From contig NC_058368.1 in the NCBI RefSeq assembly GCF_018350175.1, positions 76,138,001 through 76,202,000 of the forward strand: DNA of 64,000 nt, written 5' to 3'. This DNA comes from Felis catus (taxonomy: Eukaryota). The notes beneath the pieces were generated by a model. It did no database searches, had not been told where the DNA came from, and was given only the letters and a program-made list of their open reading frames with translations. Shown here piece by piece: positions 36,561 through 51,320 of the stretch (position 1 is the stretch's first letter; each line of letters opens with the position of its first letter). Made by a program: the position numbers and the translations under genes.

Positions 36561-36740
36561 GGGGCACCTGGGTGGTTCAGTTGGTTAAGCATCTGACTCT
36601 TGGTTTCAGCTCAGGTCATGATCTCATGGTTCATGGGTTAGAGCCCTGTGTCAGGCTCTGCCCTCAGTGTGGAGCCTGCTTGGGATTCTCTCTCTCTCCC
36701 TCTCTCTCTGCCCTCCCCCCCCCAAATAAATAAATAAACT
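36561..36740 (+). mobile_element. CAN-SINE
   Basis: Full copy; TSD-like aaactttta. Confidence 0.9.
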
Positions 36741-36810
36741 TTTATAAACTTTCAAAATAAAAATATAGTTGTGTGTGTGTCTAAATATATATGCAAATAT
36801 ACACACATAC

Positions 36811-36841
<31 letters not shown>

Positions 36842-39800
36842 GGGTAACTTGAGAATACAAAACAATATATCTCAAAGATTTTTCACATTTCACAGTTTTT
36901 CTACATCTTTTCAACTTACATAAATTCCATCAAATTACTGTATCATAATTCACTTAATGCATCCCCTATGGCTGCCATTCAGGGAGCTCTCTTTGTATGT
37001 TTTTCCTATGATAAACAAGCCTACAACGAACATCTTTATAGAAATTGTGCAATTATGTTCTTACGACAAATTTTTAGACTTGGTTCCTCACAGGATCAAA
37101 GTGGGATTCCTAATTGTCTTTTATCTGAAAGCAAAAGCTCCAGATTATCTCACTGCGACAGAGCTGGCATCCTGTAGTGAACAGCTGCTGACTTATAATG
37201 GGATCCATCAAGATGAGAGTCTAAGTTGTTTCCCCTCTTTGCACTGTTTGATAAAGATAAGGCCCAAGAAGAAAGCGAACCCCTGATGGCCAATCAGATT
37301 CCCAGAATGGAGTCCAGCCATTAGGGAGCAAATTTAGGACCAAAAAATTCGTTTGCCTCTCTTTACCCACACCCAATAATGTCCAAATCCTCTTTATCTA
37401 TCCTTCAAATGATGACCAAAGTACTGCCATTCACGAAAGCTTCTTAAATGGGAGGGATTCCTCCCTGGGTTTCACTCCCTTTACATGTATTTCCTGCCAC
37501 CTCCCCCCCCCAACCCGCCCACCCACAAATTTTGGCTGGGGAGGGTAGTTACTCTACACCTTGTTCTCTATGCCCTCATTTGCTCGTATTCCACAACCAA
37601 GACTCTACATTTTTACCTACCATTCTTTGTTAACCGACCTAGAAAAAAATCTTTATTTTCATCACAAATATAATGTGTGCTAATTTTTTTAAAGCTGTAA
37701 TTACAGAAAAGCATAAATAAATACAAACAAGTATAAATGAACATGCTCTGGAATCCAGTCCTTACACACAATCGGATTTCTAAGTGCCACTGTTCCCCAG
37801 GAGTGTTTCTTGGGGGCCCCTATCATCTCTCAATATATACCAGTCTTTCTAGTTAACATTGGTAACCAACAGAGTCAACCAGTAATTTGCAAAGGATTCA
37901 AGCCTCTTTCTGGATTTTGGATGCTTCTTTCAAGTGTCTACTGTATCCCTTTGCCTGAAGGATTATTTTGTTCAGTGTCTGTGCCTTGGCTCTGAGGCTA
38001 GTGACTCTTTTGATCCCAAGATGCCAGCCAGCACCTCCCAGTGTTGCATTCACCCTCATGCATACCTGCCTGGTGGGAAGTGTAAACATCTTCGTCTTGG
38101 TTCCCAGTGTGCCCTGAGTGTCATTCTGGTGGCTTATCTGCAGATGATATCTTGATAGGATCTTGATTAAAAAAAACAAAAAAAAAAAACAAAACAAAAA
38201 CAAAAAAAAACCGTGCAAATTGGCTTGTCTTGATCACTTGTTCCTCCAGTTGAAGAAGGAAGACACTAGCTTTCTCAAACCACACAGCTGATCATGAGGA
38301 GGAGGTGACCTGTCCAAAAACTGTGACAAGAGAAATGGATGCTTGGGGCACTTAGAAATATTTGAATTCTTAAGCACAGACCTCAGACCTTCCAGTGTTC
38401 CTTTGCAGCTGCATTTCTAATCTGAGCCCAAACTAGACTGCTCAGTGTTCTCAGAAATTGGATTCGGTTTTTTTGTTTTTGTTTTTTGTTTTTTGTTTTT
38501 TTTTTACTATGCTTCTAAGGCTTAGCCTAAGTTGTTCTCTTAGCTTAAATGTTATTTGTACTAGACAGGTTTCCCTGGCCCTTATCACTTGTCCATCACC
38601 ACCCCAAATAGATATAATTGCTTTTGAATCCATATTTCCATGGCACGTTGCAAAAACCTCCGTTAACGTCTGGATCACGTAGACTTGCAGAAATTCATGT
38701 TTACGTTTCCGTCTCTCTTAGTCAACTGTGAATTGCCAAGGCTAAGTCTTTTCAGCTTAATAAACCAGGATGCCTAAGAAAGTGCTTTGGCGAAAATGTA
38801 AACTCAATAAACATTTACCAAATTCAATTTTTGTACACTTAGCAACAGAAATATTTCAGAGTTGTGCATACTATTCTCGTTAATCCAATCAGCTTCAACC
38901 ATACATCGTAACCGTGTGAGAAGGTTTGAGCTACTGCAGTATCACTGACATATAAAAGCATTGGAGTTATTGGTTGGTAAAAACAAGAAAGCAATCTGTA
39001 CTATGAACAGGCTCCATCATATTTATAGACCATTTTCTTCCAATCAAACATTTATTGAACATCTAAGCACCGTGCACAATGCTAGAATCAGAGGTTGTTG
39101 ATGTTTTCTATAAACGTTGACAATAGTGAGATTCTCTTCTCTTAAAAGTTGAGTGTTGTGGGTGGCCATCCATCTGCAAGGCCAAGCAGAAAACACCCCG
39201 AGACTGTGATACCGTGATTTTTCTGTGCGCAGACGAACGCTTCTAAGTTGCAATGCACTCCGTTAATTAAACAAGTCTGTATGTCCATAATTTAATTTGC
39301 TGAAATAATTCACACAAGGTATGGGAAACTGGGTTCCCCTGTTTCCCATAAATGTAATTGATGTGATGAGCAGCTTTCTCTTTTGAGTCACGATGCCTTA
39401 CAGTAATACCTGTCTCATGTGATACCAAGCTCTCTTGGAGTTGCACAGAGAAATAATTTTCTAAGTGCAATTCAACTCAATGGAGATAGATATCACATCG
39501 CATCAGAGACTTCAGAAGTAAAGAAAAGTGAAAATTACTTCAGTGAACTTGGTGGGTGGAAAGAGTAAAATCTGAGTCAAAGAACAATTCACGTGAACTC
39601 ACACAACATATTTCCCTTTCCAGGTATTTTCAAAGTTGGCAAAATTTGAAAAGGACAGAAACCAATCTTAGACCGAAACATGGAATATGTTACACTGTAT
39701 TTTGATCAGCAGTTTCTGAGCACTTCTACATGCATTACCTTGGTGTTTTATACAGCAAGCTTATGAATGAGATGTCTGTTATCACACTCCCCATCATTCC

Positions 39801-41659
39801 CCTTTGCAAATGATAAGACAGGAGATTTGAAGGATTGCGTAATTTGAAACTACGCTGCTTCCACGATATAATTACAAGATTGTGTTAGCATTTATCATGG
39901 AGTCAAGATCCTACTAGATGCTCAGTATTTACCCAGCATATGGACCCAATAGCATAAAAGACCACTTTTATCATGACACGTATTCCTACAAAAATTTTAT
40001 GCTTAATGCTGACCACCATGAGGTCAAATATCCTTATCAGTCCAATTTCCTCGAAGGTGACAGTCACAAATGTTTTGACTTTTGGTCTCGTTTAATTTTA
40101 AAATGGGATTTTCGGGCCTCCAAGATACAATAACCAATAAAAGAGGAAAAGAGAGTTTTTGATTTTCTCAATGCACTTTCTACCTCCCCCTCTTTCAGGG
40201 TTTACTTTCATTCTTTTGTTTCTCCCACTGACCTTCCTATTGGTGGTTTTTTTCCCAGTTAATTATTTGTAGACTTAAGATTTCAAATGCAACTCCTTTC
40301 TTCCCTTCCCGGGCTACCTTGTGAACAATCATGAAGAAAAATAACCAGGGAGCTAATAAATGTCATTTTTTCCATGTTATATAAAGTATTTGTAAAACAG
40401 TAAGCACTGTTCAAGTATCCTTAGAATTGGCCATTTAAGACTTTAATATCTGGCACTGAGAAAAATAGTACTTTGAAAGCTTTCATTTTATACCTAGGCT
40501 ATAGAAATTTCAGCACCTACTGATAGGTTGTGAACATTTACAAGTGAATGAAACAAATTAAATGGCAAACTCCTACCCGTGTTTGAAACATAATATTTTA
40601 GTGGCTGCTTTATTTATCAAATAAAAATAGAACACTGAGCAACTACTCAATTAACTTAGTTTTATGATTCTTTGAAACAACTTGGCTAAAAATTGCATTA
40701 TAGGGAGGAAGATGTATTTTATATTTTTTTATTAATTCAATCTATTTCTCAGATCTCTGAGGTCTTATGCCAGAGTCTCAGTGGATCACAGAGACTATAT
40801 GTTTATATCTGCATATCTGGCTCTGTATCTATTACCTCCTTCCTTTCATGAAGGTTGTTTGGAAACGTGAGCCTGGGTGTTTTTTGTCTACAATACTTCT
40901 TTTGTCTCTCCTCTGTTGCTCCAACTCATTTTAGTTAACACTTTAGACCTTATAAGGCAACTAGCTCGGAGAAGGAATGATACAGCCGGAAAAAGTCCAT
41001 TTCAAGCATCATTTGAAAGAATGGTTTCAAACGCATGGCCTGTCGATGTGAAAGGACTTTCAGCATAATGTGTCTGCATGTGCCATCAATAGGAGACAGT
41101 TTCTTGCCCCTGGGCTGGGAGTCTCCTGGTCCCCATCACCAGCCCCATCAACAGGAATTGTGGCAAGGGGACACATATCAGAATCTAGATAGGTTTATAG
41201 AATGTGAAAGTAGAAACTGCGTCCTGCTTCATCTCAGAGACAGAAGAAGGGAAACAGCAGCCTTGCAAAGCTCTTGGAAGGACTCTGGTGGGGACACCAA
41301 AGGTGCTAAGTGTGGTGTCAAGGCACCGGGGCCTTCAATGAGCCCACAGCATTCACTGGTATCCCAGAGTACCCATGGAAAGCAGCCAGTGTTCCCCATA
41401 CTCCCAGGAAGGGCATGCACATCAGCAGAGACTGGGGCCCGCACGTTTGCAGAGGGCTCGGGGTTGCGATGAGGGACTATGCTCGCAAATAACACCGTGG
41501 GCCATTGGTCAGATGGCTTGTGAAATCAAGTCACCGGGGCAGGTGCTCACAAGAGCCAGACAGGACAACATATCTATGGAGATGTTAGTGTGGTCCACAT
41601 AATCTAGATCAGACATTCAGCCCCCTTCTACCCTATTATAAAAACAAAATAAAAAACAG

Positions 41660-41890
41660 AGTTCCTGGTGTCTCGGTCGGTTAAACGTCCGGTTTGTGAG
41701 TTCAAGCCCCGTGTTGGGCTCTGTGCTGACACCTTGGAGCCTGGAGCCTCCTTCAGGTTCTGTGTCTCTCTTTTTCTCTGCCTCTCCCTTGCTTGCCCTC
41801 TGTCTCTCTCTGTCTCTGTCTCTCCTTCAAAAATAAATAAAAATTAAAAAAATATATTAAAAGATAAATAAATAAAAAACAAACAAGCAA
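41660..41890 (+). mobile_element. CAN-SINE with a degenerate head
   Basis: ggtcggttaaacgtcc...ggagcctggagcc...(CT)n, A-rich tail. Confidence 0.85.
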
Positions 41891-42363
41891 ACAACTCCAG
41901 AATTGTAGATCAGACCTAGGGAGGAAAGGAGATTAGATGGAACCAAACCCTAATTAATTCCGTAAAATAGCTTCTACTGAGGGAAAGGAGCTCCAAATAG
42001 AGATGAGTTTGAAAAGATGAGCTTGTAAAAACTAGCATACCCAAGTTTTTTCTGTAGAAACATTACCTATTTCAGATATATCCAACCAAGCTAAGCAGTA
42101 CCATAAAGTAGTGCATGATAAAGTTCCTTAAGGATACAAATCAAAGTTTCCTAATAGTTCAAGGAGAAAGCGCAGGAAAAAGAATTTGGTAAAAGTGAAG
42201 AATTACCTTAAGAGATAAACCTGGGACAAAAACTCGATGGAGTTTGCATGGTATACTAAAATGATTCGACTTTTATACCATTCAAATAATGAGAAGTAGG
42301 TTGTTGAATAGGGGGTTGGCATAATCATATCTACAATTTCGATTAACTTTGAAGAAGTGTCAT

Positions 42364-42790
42364 TGTTTTTAAATGTTCATTTATTTTGGGGCGCCCCACT
42401 GGCTCAGTCCATTGAGCATCCAACTTGCGCCCAGGTCATGATCACGGTTTGTGAGTTTCAGCCCCACTTCGGGCTCTGTGCTGACAGCTCAGAGCCTGGA
42501 GCCTGCTTCGGATTCTGTGTCTCTCTCTCTCTCTGCTCCTCCCCTGCTCGTGCTCTGTCTCAAAAATAAATAAACATTAAAAATAATAAAAATAAATAAA
42601 AAATTAGGAAATGTTTGTTTGTTTGTTTGTTTTGTGGGGGGAGAGCAGAGAGAGAGGGAGAGAGAGAATCCCAAGCAGTCTGCATGCTCAGTGCAGAGCC
42701 CAACATGGGGCTTGATCCCACGACCAGGAGATTATGATCTCAGCCGAAATCAAGAGTCGGACGCTTAACTGACTGAAACACCCAGGCACC
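42364..42790. mobile_element. Plus-strand CAN-SINE (42388-42605) nested in the tail of a minus-strand CAN-SINE (to 42790)
   Basis: A reverse-tail motif tttttaaatgttcatttatttt precedes the plus copy; the reverse body resumes at ~42611. Confidence 0.85.
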
Positions 42791-43929
42791 TCCAGATTAA
42801 TTTTATTTAAAAAAAGTGTGAACTATGAATGCAAGATTTAGAGATTAGAATATTAATTGAGAGGTTATCGCACGTGTCCACGCAGGGGATAATAAGGTAG
42901 TGAGAGTAAAATATGAGAGGTAGATCTCACAAAGATGGAATTAACAGCATCAGATTTGACTGGTGATTAATTATGGAGAAAGAAAGTTGTCAGAAAACAA
43001 TTCAGACTTCAAAGACTAAGGGTACATACGTGGTATTAATGAAGGAGAGGTGTTGACTAGTGGTTAATAGGATGATATCAAACACTTTTAGTTTGAAGAG
43101 AGGGAAGGACACCTATGATAGCAGGTAAGAAATAAATCAACAGGGGAAACATCTAATAGAGATGATAGTTGAAGACAGGGAGGGAGATAGGATTGCTGAG
43201 GGCAACAGTACAGGAAAAGAGATTTGCCTATGTGTAGGGAACAAGAAGAGAGAAGAAAGAGCAGAGATGGGAAAGTAGAGAGGTGGGAAATCAGCAGAAT
43301 GTGAAGATGCCAAGAAATCCAAGTCAACTTTCTCTTATGATCGTGGAGGAGTCAGTCAGTTGAATAGTCAACACAGCTCACTACAACACTGATGGTTCTT
43401 AGACGTATACGGATAACATAGAAGCTGGCGAGTGTCTTAAAAGCAATTGGCAATAATGACAATGACTCTGAATTATGCATGTTCCTTCTTCTGGATTTTC
43501 CAAGAAAACTAATTCCTTTTTTTTAATGTTTGTTTTAATTACAATGTCTATGCATAGTGTTTCATCCTGAAATTTTTATTTTCCAAATGGTTTTCCATTT
43601 TAAAAAGACTAAATAAAGATTCTGACTAAGCTGTACTTGTGGGAATTCCTAGATCTTTTTATAGGAAGTTATTTTAGTCAAATGGAGTTGGGAATCAGAT
43701 TTCCAGTTGGAAAGAATAACAGAGACATGCAAATTCAGAATATAGCTGTACAGCACCCTCATGTTAGTAAAGAAAGAAAATTTTGAGTCATCTAAATAGT
43801 AACCACTAAGCATCTGAGTATTTAAAAGAGTTGAGGCAGAAAAAGAAAAAAATAAAATAAAATAAATCCTGTATGTTACTCAAGTTTTCATTTAATTTAG
43901 TGAACTTCAGAGGGCAAAAACACTGATAG

Positions 43930-44320
43930 AGATTGCTCTTTGCTTATTCAAATCCAGGGGTCCTTCTGCTTCTGGACAATGAAGATTTCTTGTTCACGGT
44001 CCCTTGTGTTTAGTTGAGACCAGGAGACTAAGTTATAGCCAATGGAATGTCTGACTCCCTAAACTGTAAATACCTTCCAGTCGTGACCGCTCACATTTTT
44101 TTCTCATTGGTCATTTGGATGGGATGACCTTTGGCATCTTAGAAGTTAAGGATGGAAGAGACTCTATCAGCCTGATTCCTCCGGGAATCATGCGGAACCA
44201 AGCGCCCGTGATGGATCTGGAGCTGCTCCGGCTGGCTTATAGAGAAAACTGAATTCCTATTGTGTTTGTGACATTATGCATCTTGGGGTTTATTTCTTAA
44301 ACAGCTTGTGTTACTTCTAA
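43930..44320 (+). mobile_element. MLT1-like LTR remnant
   Basis: agccaatggaatg...gatggaagag...tcagcctg...ttggggtttatttctt. Confidence 0.55.
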
Positions 44321-45633
44321 TTCAGATGCCCCCAAATTCAGCATCATTGGGGAACTTCCATCCCTTGTCCCTTCTCTCTCTGTCTCTCCTACTGACTCTT
44401 TCCCTCCCTTCCTTCATTTAATTATTACGCTCTTCCTCCCTCCTCCGGTCCTCATGCTGAAATAGAGAGGTGAGGATACCGGCTGTTGTTCTCACTCCTT
44501 ACTGTCAGACACAGTTCTTCCCATAATGGACTCTGGTCATCTTGCCGACTTCCATGCCATAGCCCCACATGCACCGAGGTGATGACACAAAACTCATAAT
44601 GGTCCTAAGTGTCTTATTTCGGGAAGATGTCTTTCAACACATCGAGCTTCAAACTTCTTGGCATCCTATGTTGCTACTTCATTAGTACACACTTCACTTA
44701 AGCAGCTCACCGTCATATGCACATTGAACTCTTTGTCTTTCCCTTAAATGTGTTTGAATATTTTCAAATCTGATGTTCTCTTTTGGGTCATGGCTTCCCA
44801 TTTCGCTACTGTGTTTAGTCTGGCACATGCATGCTATCTTCAATGGCCTCACCATTTCAATGGCCTCGGCTTATTCTCTCTGCCTACAAGCTTTGCTTGA
44901 TATAGAGTCATCCAGCGTCTATCCAGTGTGTCGTATTTGAATATTAGTATCTAGTACCTGGATCTTATAGCCAATCACTTCAGCTACTGTTTCACCACGA
45001 ACAACCCCCTTATTCCCTTCAGCATCCCCCGCCACTGCCACGCTCATTCAGCACACAGGGTTTGAGCACTTCACGGGAATCTGGAGATCAGGGGAGAGGT
45101 CCAGAATGCAGTTATAAATGCAGGAGCCACCAGGACTTAAGGTCATGGGACTAGAAAAAAGTCTTCTAAGTGTGAGACAGTAACTAGAGAAAAGGGCCCA
45201 GAATCAAGTCTAAAATAACTCTTGAGAAAGAGCTAACGAAAAAGAATGAGGAAGAGAGTACAGTGAGCTACAAAAGAAAATTCAAGAGCATTTAGTATTG
45301 CTGAAGGCAAAAATGGATGTATCACATCAGGTTCTTGTAATTCAAGCAACAGAAAACAGATGAGGCTAACCTCAGGGAAACGAATTGATGGGGAAAATAT
45401 TTTGAGGGACACAGAATTGAGCAAAAACTGGAGAAAACTTTGAAACCATAGGCGGTCTAGGGTAACTGGAACTTATGCATGGTCTTATCACTGGGTCGGC
45501 TAAAGTCTAAATATTTTTGGTCATTGTGTTGCTCTGTTTAAAAGTTACATACCCAAGAATGTTACGCCAGGGCAAGAGTAGAAGTGAAAACCCACAAACC
45601 ACACGATTAAGTGGTTAAAAATGATAAATCTCA

Positions 45634-45763
45634 GGGTGCCTGGGTGGTTCACTCAGTTAAGTGTCTAACTCTTGATCTCAGCTCAGGTCTTGTTGTTAGG
45701 GTTGTGAGTTCAAGCCCCGGGCTGGACTCTGCACTGGGCGTGAACCCTATAACTTTAAAAAAA
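45634..45763 (+). mobile_element. Short CAN-SINE
   Basis: gggtgcctgggtgg head, B-box, A tail. Confidence 0.85.
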
Positions 45764-46303
45764 GTTATAAGTCTAGGTAAGAAATTATTCATTGAAATAT
45801 ATTATTTGCTCCTACCTGGGCAAATATACCTTCAGGTGGAGAAATATGTGTAAAAATACAATTTTACATAGCTGAAATCGGGCAAGACGTGGAGGATGAG
45901 TAGACCATATCATTGAGCATGTTTCGATGAGTAATGACATGAAGACACACGATGTATAAATTATTACATGGTTATTCACATAAATCATGTTTTGTTTTCA
46001 TTTCAGAAAAATGCTGATTAAATCATTGTAAGCATTATTTTTACATAATTTGATTTTTATTGTGACATGAAATTTAAGACAATGCAATTATTCAACCATA
46101 TAATTTTAAAGTATATTTTCATCAGAATTGTATATCAGAGTCTTTATAAGATTTGAAGAGTTAAGTCATCTTTTCATATTTTTAAATGTCACCTTTCTTG
46201 AAAGGTGTTCAAAATTATCTTTAACATAAAAGGCAAGTTCTAATTAATACCAAAATATATTAAGTCATTTACATAAACTAAACTTTATCCACTTTTTAAA
46301 AAA

Positions 46304-46513
46304 ATTTTTTTAACGTTTATTTGTTTTTGAGACAGAGAGAGACAGAGCATGAACGGGGAGGGGCACAGAGAGAGGGAGACACAGAATCGGAAGCAGGCTC
46401 CAGGCTCTGAGCCATCAGCCCAGAGCCCGACGCGGGGCTTGAGCTCACGGACCGCGAGATCATGACCTGAGCTAAAGTCGGACGCTTAACCGACTGAGCT
46501 ACCCAGGTGCCCC
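46304..46513 (-). mobile_element. Felid CAN-SINE
   Basis: TSD-like aactttatc.actt. Confidence 0.94.
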
Positions 46514-49019
46514 AACTTTATCTACTTTAAAAGTAATTAAATCTACAAGAATAATTAAATCTTACTAAATAATGTTGATAAAAACAAAAGTGCTTACAAT
46601 TTTAGAATTTAAAATCTATCTGCCAAAATGGGAAGTCAGTATCATGCCTCACACTTGGTAAATTATAGACCTACATGCATCAAAATTTGAATAATAGGGA
46701 TTTTCGAAAATTATAAATGTTCCTCAACTGCCTCATGCAAAAAATACAATTACATGTAAATAACGCCGTATTATTACAGTATGCCTCTGGAATCATGTAC
46801 AGGAATACAAAGGGAAGCAAGAAAATAAGCCTCCAGCCCTACTGGGAAATGATAGCTCATTGACCAGTCCAAAGCTGTGTCTATTTTCACACCAGCAGAG
46901 GCATAACCCACAAACCTTAGACATAGCCATCTTTTAAGGATGTTGGGCAAGAGACGTGGAAAGATTTTCTATGAAGCCTGAATTGTATTAGGCGTCAGAG
47001 CAGATGTTAGGGGTACAGGTAATCCTGGGTCAGGGCTGAGCACTGGATCCTGAGTGATAGAACTGTCTATGTATTTGTTAAACAACAGAGCCCACAGTAG
47101 TGAACTTCATGCCAGGATCTCAGACTAGTCCTGGTTGGGTGATCCCCTAAAGTGAAATTAGGGTATACTAATTAACTAAGGGGGAATAAATGGAGGTCAA
47201 ACAAAAATACAAGAAGAGAGAATTGGTCAATTGGTTAAATGTGGCTTAAGTAATTTAAAAATCGTATATAGAAGTATTCACTTGAACTTTGCAACATGGG
47301 AGTCACTAATGACTTTAGCAAGATCAGTTTCACTGAAGTGGAGAGGAAGGAAATCCGATTGAAGTGAACTGAATTGTGAATGGGAATGGGAAGGGAGGAA
47401 TAGAGACAGTGAGGCTTATCCCTCGAGAAATTGTGTGGTAAATGGTGAGTAGAGGCAGGGATGGTCGTGTGAGGAGGATATAGGGTATACTGTATCAATG
47501 TTGTAAGATAGGAGATACTAGATAAATGTATTATGCTAAAAAAATTAGCATAAAGGGATACATGGATGGTTTGGAGGATAAGGGGAGTAATTAAGAGAGC
47601 AAAGACACTGAATAGAGGAGACCGAGGAGGGCCAGAGAAGAAATAGAAGAACTGACCCCCAGTATCAGAGGAAGGTGTAGCCAGAACACGAGGTGGGACT
47701 CATTACAGAAACTGATTCAAGGAGGTTTAGGGAAGCAGGATTTGGTAGGTAGTTACTTAGCTCCAAAACATATTGAAAAAGCTCTTCTCCTCAACAAAAT
47801 TAGCCATGATTCCAGGGTACTGTGGCCTAAGACTTTAAAGAGCCCACAACTCAAAAGGGATAGAGGGAGTCTCAAACCTACATAACACAAAATCAGATGT
47901 CATTGCACCCACGATGAACAAATGACTTCCAAAGTGGGAGAAAGAAAGCATGAAGAACAGGAGAAAAATGACACTCTTAACAGAAATGAGATGACAAGTT
48001 GGAGTGAGTGCCATCTTTCTAGAAAACACTGGATGTGTTTAGAAGTGATAATGAGATATCTAAGTAGAAATGACTTCGGGACACTGAGTCAGAATTTAAG
48101 ACCAGATATTGGAATCTGGGAGTAATCATAGTCTCCTCTCTAACTCTTAGCACATTAAAAAAAAAAAAAAAGAAAGAAAGAAAGAAAAAGAAAAGGAGGA
48201 AGAAGAAGAAAAAAATAAACCGAACACTTTAATTTTGTATGTATAATATGAACAATTTATAGCAAAATAAAACATCTTTTTTCTAAAAATAGATTCCTAC
48301 ATGTTTTCTTAATTCTACATTAAAAACAATTTGATCTTGTTTTGTACTTTTTAATAGAAAAACATTTATAATACACAAATGTGCACAGAGAGTTGAATCA
48401 TTAACTCTATATGTAATAAGTTTAGTTTATTAAAAGCATTTTTATTGGTCTCTCTTAAAAGCGATGTCACTATTGCCTATGCAAAGTGAGTTTTAGCAAA
48501 CTAGTCTAATATAACAAGATGAAACTTTCACATTGTTTGGATTTATCTCAAATCTTCTGGCTCATAGAGATGATCATGCCTTGCCTCCTAACTGAGCTAA
48601 TGTAATTTGTGTCACTTAAATTATCGCCGTGAAACTAGGCGATAAAATTTCGATCCGCATCTAATTGGTGAAGCTTAAATTGCTAAGTGTACTGATGAGA
48701 GATTCAAAAGTTTATAACAAAAGAATTAAGAGAGTAAAAATAAAGGGAACTGTCGAGTAGAAAAAAATATATATTGAAAACATATTTGGAGGAAAGAGTC
48801 TGTAGAAGCAATAATATTGTGGAGGTCTAATCTCTCCCTTCTGGAACATCTAGTACCACATCAAAGAGGGGGAATATAAAATATGCCACATTTAAAGTGC
48901 TCTCTAGGAAGTTTTAAGAGTTGAAAATTACAAATTAATGAGAAATCAAAATTCCTATAAATGGTTTAGTCAGAATGGACTAAAGGGCTATTCTTTTTTT
49001 CCATTTTGAAAATTTTAAC

Positions 49020-50920
49020 AGTATTTTTTGCCATTTTTAAATAAACTTTATTATTATTATTATTATTATTATTTTCGTTTTTGTTTATTTCTTTTGAGAG
49101 AGAAAGAAAGACAGTGCAAGTGGGGGAGGGGCAGAGAGAGCCGGAGACAAAGAATCCCAAGCAGGCTCCACACTGTCAGCATGGACAGAGCCCAACATGG
49201 GGCTCGAACTCACAAAACTGGGGGATCGTGACGGGAGCCAAAACCAAGAGTCGGACACTTAACCGACTGAGCCACCCAGGTGCCCCTAAGTAAACTTTAT
49301 TCTTTAGGACAGTTTTACATTTACAAAGTAATTGAGAAGCTAGAACAGAGAGTTCCCATATATTCCACACTCTGTTTCTCCTATTATTAATACGTTATAT
49401 TAGTATGACACATTTATTACAATTATAAACAAATATTGCTACATTATTATTTTTTATTTCTTTCTTTTTTCAGCAGGCTCCACAACCAGCATGGGGCCCC
49501 ACGGGGACTTGAACTCACAACCCTGAGATCAAGATTGAAGCTGAGATCGAGAGTTGGACACTTAACTGACTGAGCCACCCAGGAGCCCCATTGCTACATT
49601 CTTTTTCACTGAAGCCCATATTTTATTCTGATTGCCTTAATTTTTACCTAATGCCCTTTTTCTGTTCTGGGATCCCATCCAGGGTACCACCTTACATTAG
49701 TCACCACTGACTCCTTAGTTTCTCAGACTTATCTTCGTTTTTAATGACTTTAACTGTTTTGATAAACACTGGTTAGATACCTTATAGTTTATCCTTCAAC
49801 TAGGCTTTATCTGATTTTTTCCCCATGATTAGACAGAGGTTATGTGTTTTGGGGAGACAGAAGAGAGAGGTAGTCTGCTATTTTTATCATATCATATCAA
49901 GGATACTTGGTGCTGACCTTGATCACTTGGCTGAGATAGTGTTTGTCAGGTTTCTTGACTGGACAAGTTACTCATTCTTTTTTTTTTTTTTTTTAATTTT
50001 TTTTTTAACATTTATTTATTTTTGAGACAGAGAGAGAGAGAGAGAGCATGAATAGGGGAGGGTCAGAGACAGAGGGAGACACAGAATCTGAAACAGGCTC
50101 CAGGCTCCAAGCCGTCAGCCCAGAGCCCGACGTGGGGCTCGAACCCATGGACCGTGAGATCATGACCTGAGCGAAGTCGGACGCTTAACCGACTGAGCCA
50201 CCCAGGCGCCCCAAGTTACTCATTCTTAAAACCCCTTTCCATCATGAGCTCCCTGGAAGGAAGCACTGTGAATTGCATAAGCTCAAGAAGCCATGCTCCC
50301 CACTCTTTGAGGTGGGGGGGATATCTACACAAATTATTTGCAATTTCTTCTGCATGGTGATTTGTCTCTTCTTCCCCATTTATTAATTTACTCTACCATT
50401 TATTTATAGCCGTGCGGGCTCATGCATATTTATGTTATTCTTTGGGTTATAATCTAATGCTATTTTGGTTACTTTGCTGCTCACATTATTCCACTTTGGC
50501 CGTGTAGCCCTTCCAGTTTGCTTTTGTGTCCATATGACATCCCCCACGAATGTGAGTTTGGATTATTTCTCTTGAGGACTTTTATACCTCCTGACACTTC
50601 AGGAGGCTCTAGGATCATCTTGTATTATCCTTCCCAAGTACTAAAATCAGCCATTGCTCCCAGGATCACTGTCTTCTTTCCTTAGAGAATGGAATTAGTG
50701 AGCCATTCTGGGTGCTGGGTGAGCTCACTTTGTCGATGCCATGGATTCTAGTCCCTGTTAGCCAGCGGAGCAAGGAAACATACCCCTGTGTACTAGCCTG
50801 TGTATGGCCGCACATCTACAGATATCTCTATATGTAGTCAAGTGATCTATATCAAGCTAAATATGAGTTCATATTAATGATGTCTTCAACTCTAACCTAT
50901 GACTATACAGATCCTTCTAG
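49020..50920 (-). mobile_element. Old L1MC-like 3' region carrying three minus-strand CAN-SINEs (49050-49286, 49445-49589, 49976-50212)
   Basis: Reverse L1M-like segments (acagagagttcccatat, gggatcccatccagg, ccttgatcacttggctgag); SINE TSDs taaactttatt and aagttactcattctt. Confidence 0.75.
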
Positions 50921-50959
50921 ATCCTTCTAGACTTTTCCCGTTGGCCAGTGCTATTTTAA

Positions 50960-51031
50960 AATGGTTTTTGTTGTTGTTGTTTTGCTTTGTTTTGCTTTGT
51001 TTTGTTTTGTTTTTGAGAGGCACAGGGGAAG

Positions 51032-51070
<39 letters not shown>

Positions 51071-51197
51071 ATCCCCAGCAGGCTCCACACTGTCAGCACA
51101 GAGCCTGATACAGGGCTGGATCTCACAAACAATGAAACCATGACCCGAGCTGAAACCAAAAGTCAGACGCTCAACCGACTAAGACACCCAGGCACCC
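50960..51197 (-). mobile_element. CAN-SINE
   Basis: TSD gccagtgctat.ttaaaa. Confidence 0.92.
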
Positions 51198-51320
51198 TGA
51201 TGCCAGTGCTATATTAAAAAGGAACAGAAAAAATATTTTTTTAAATACCTGAAAGAAAAATAGAGATCGGGCTTGAGCCCCAAATTACTCCCAATGCATA
51301 TTTAATTGACATGGGTACAT

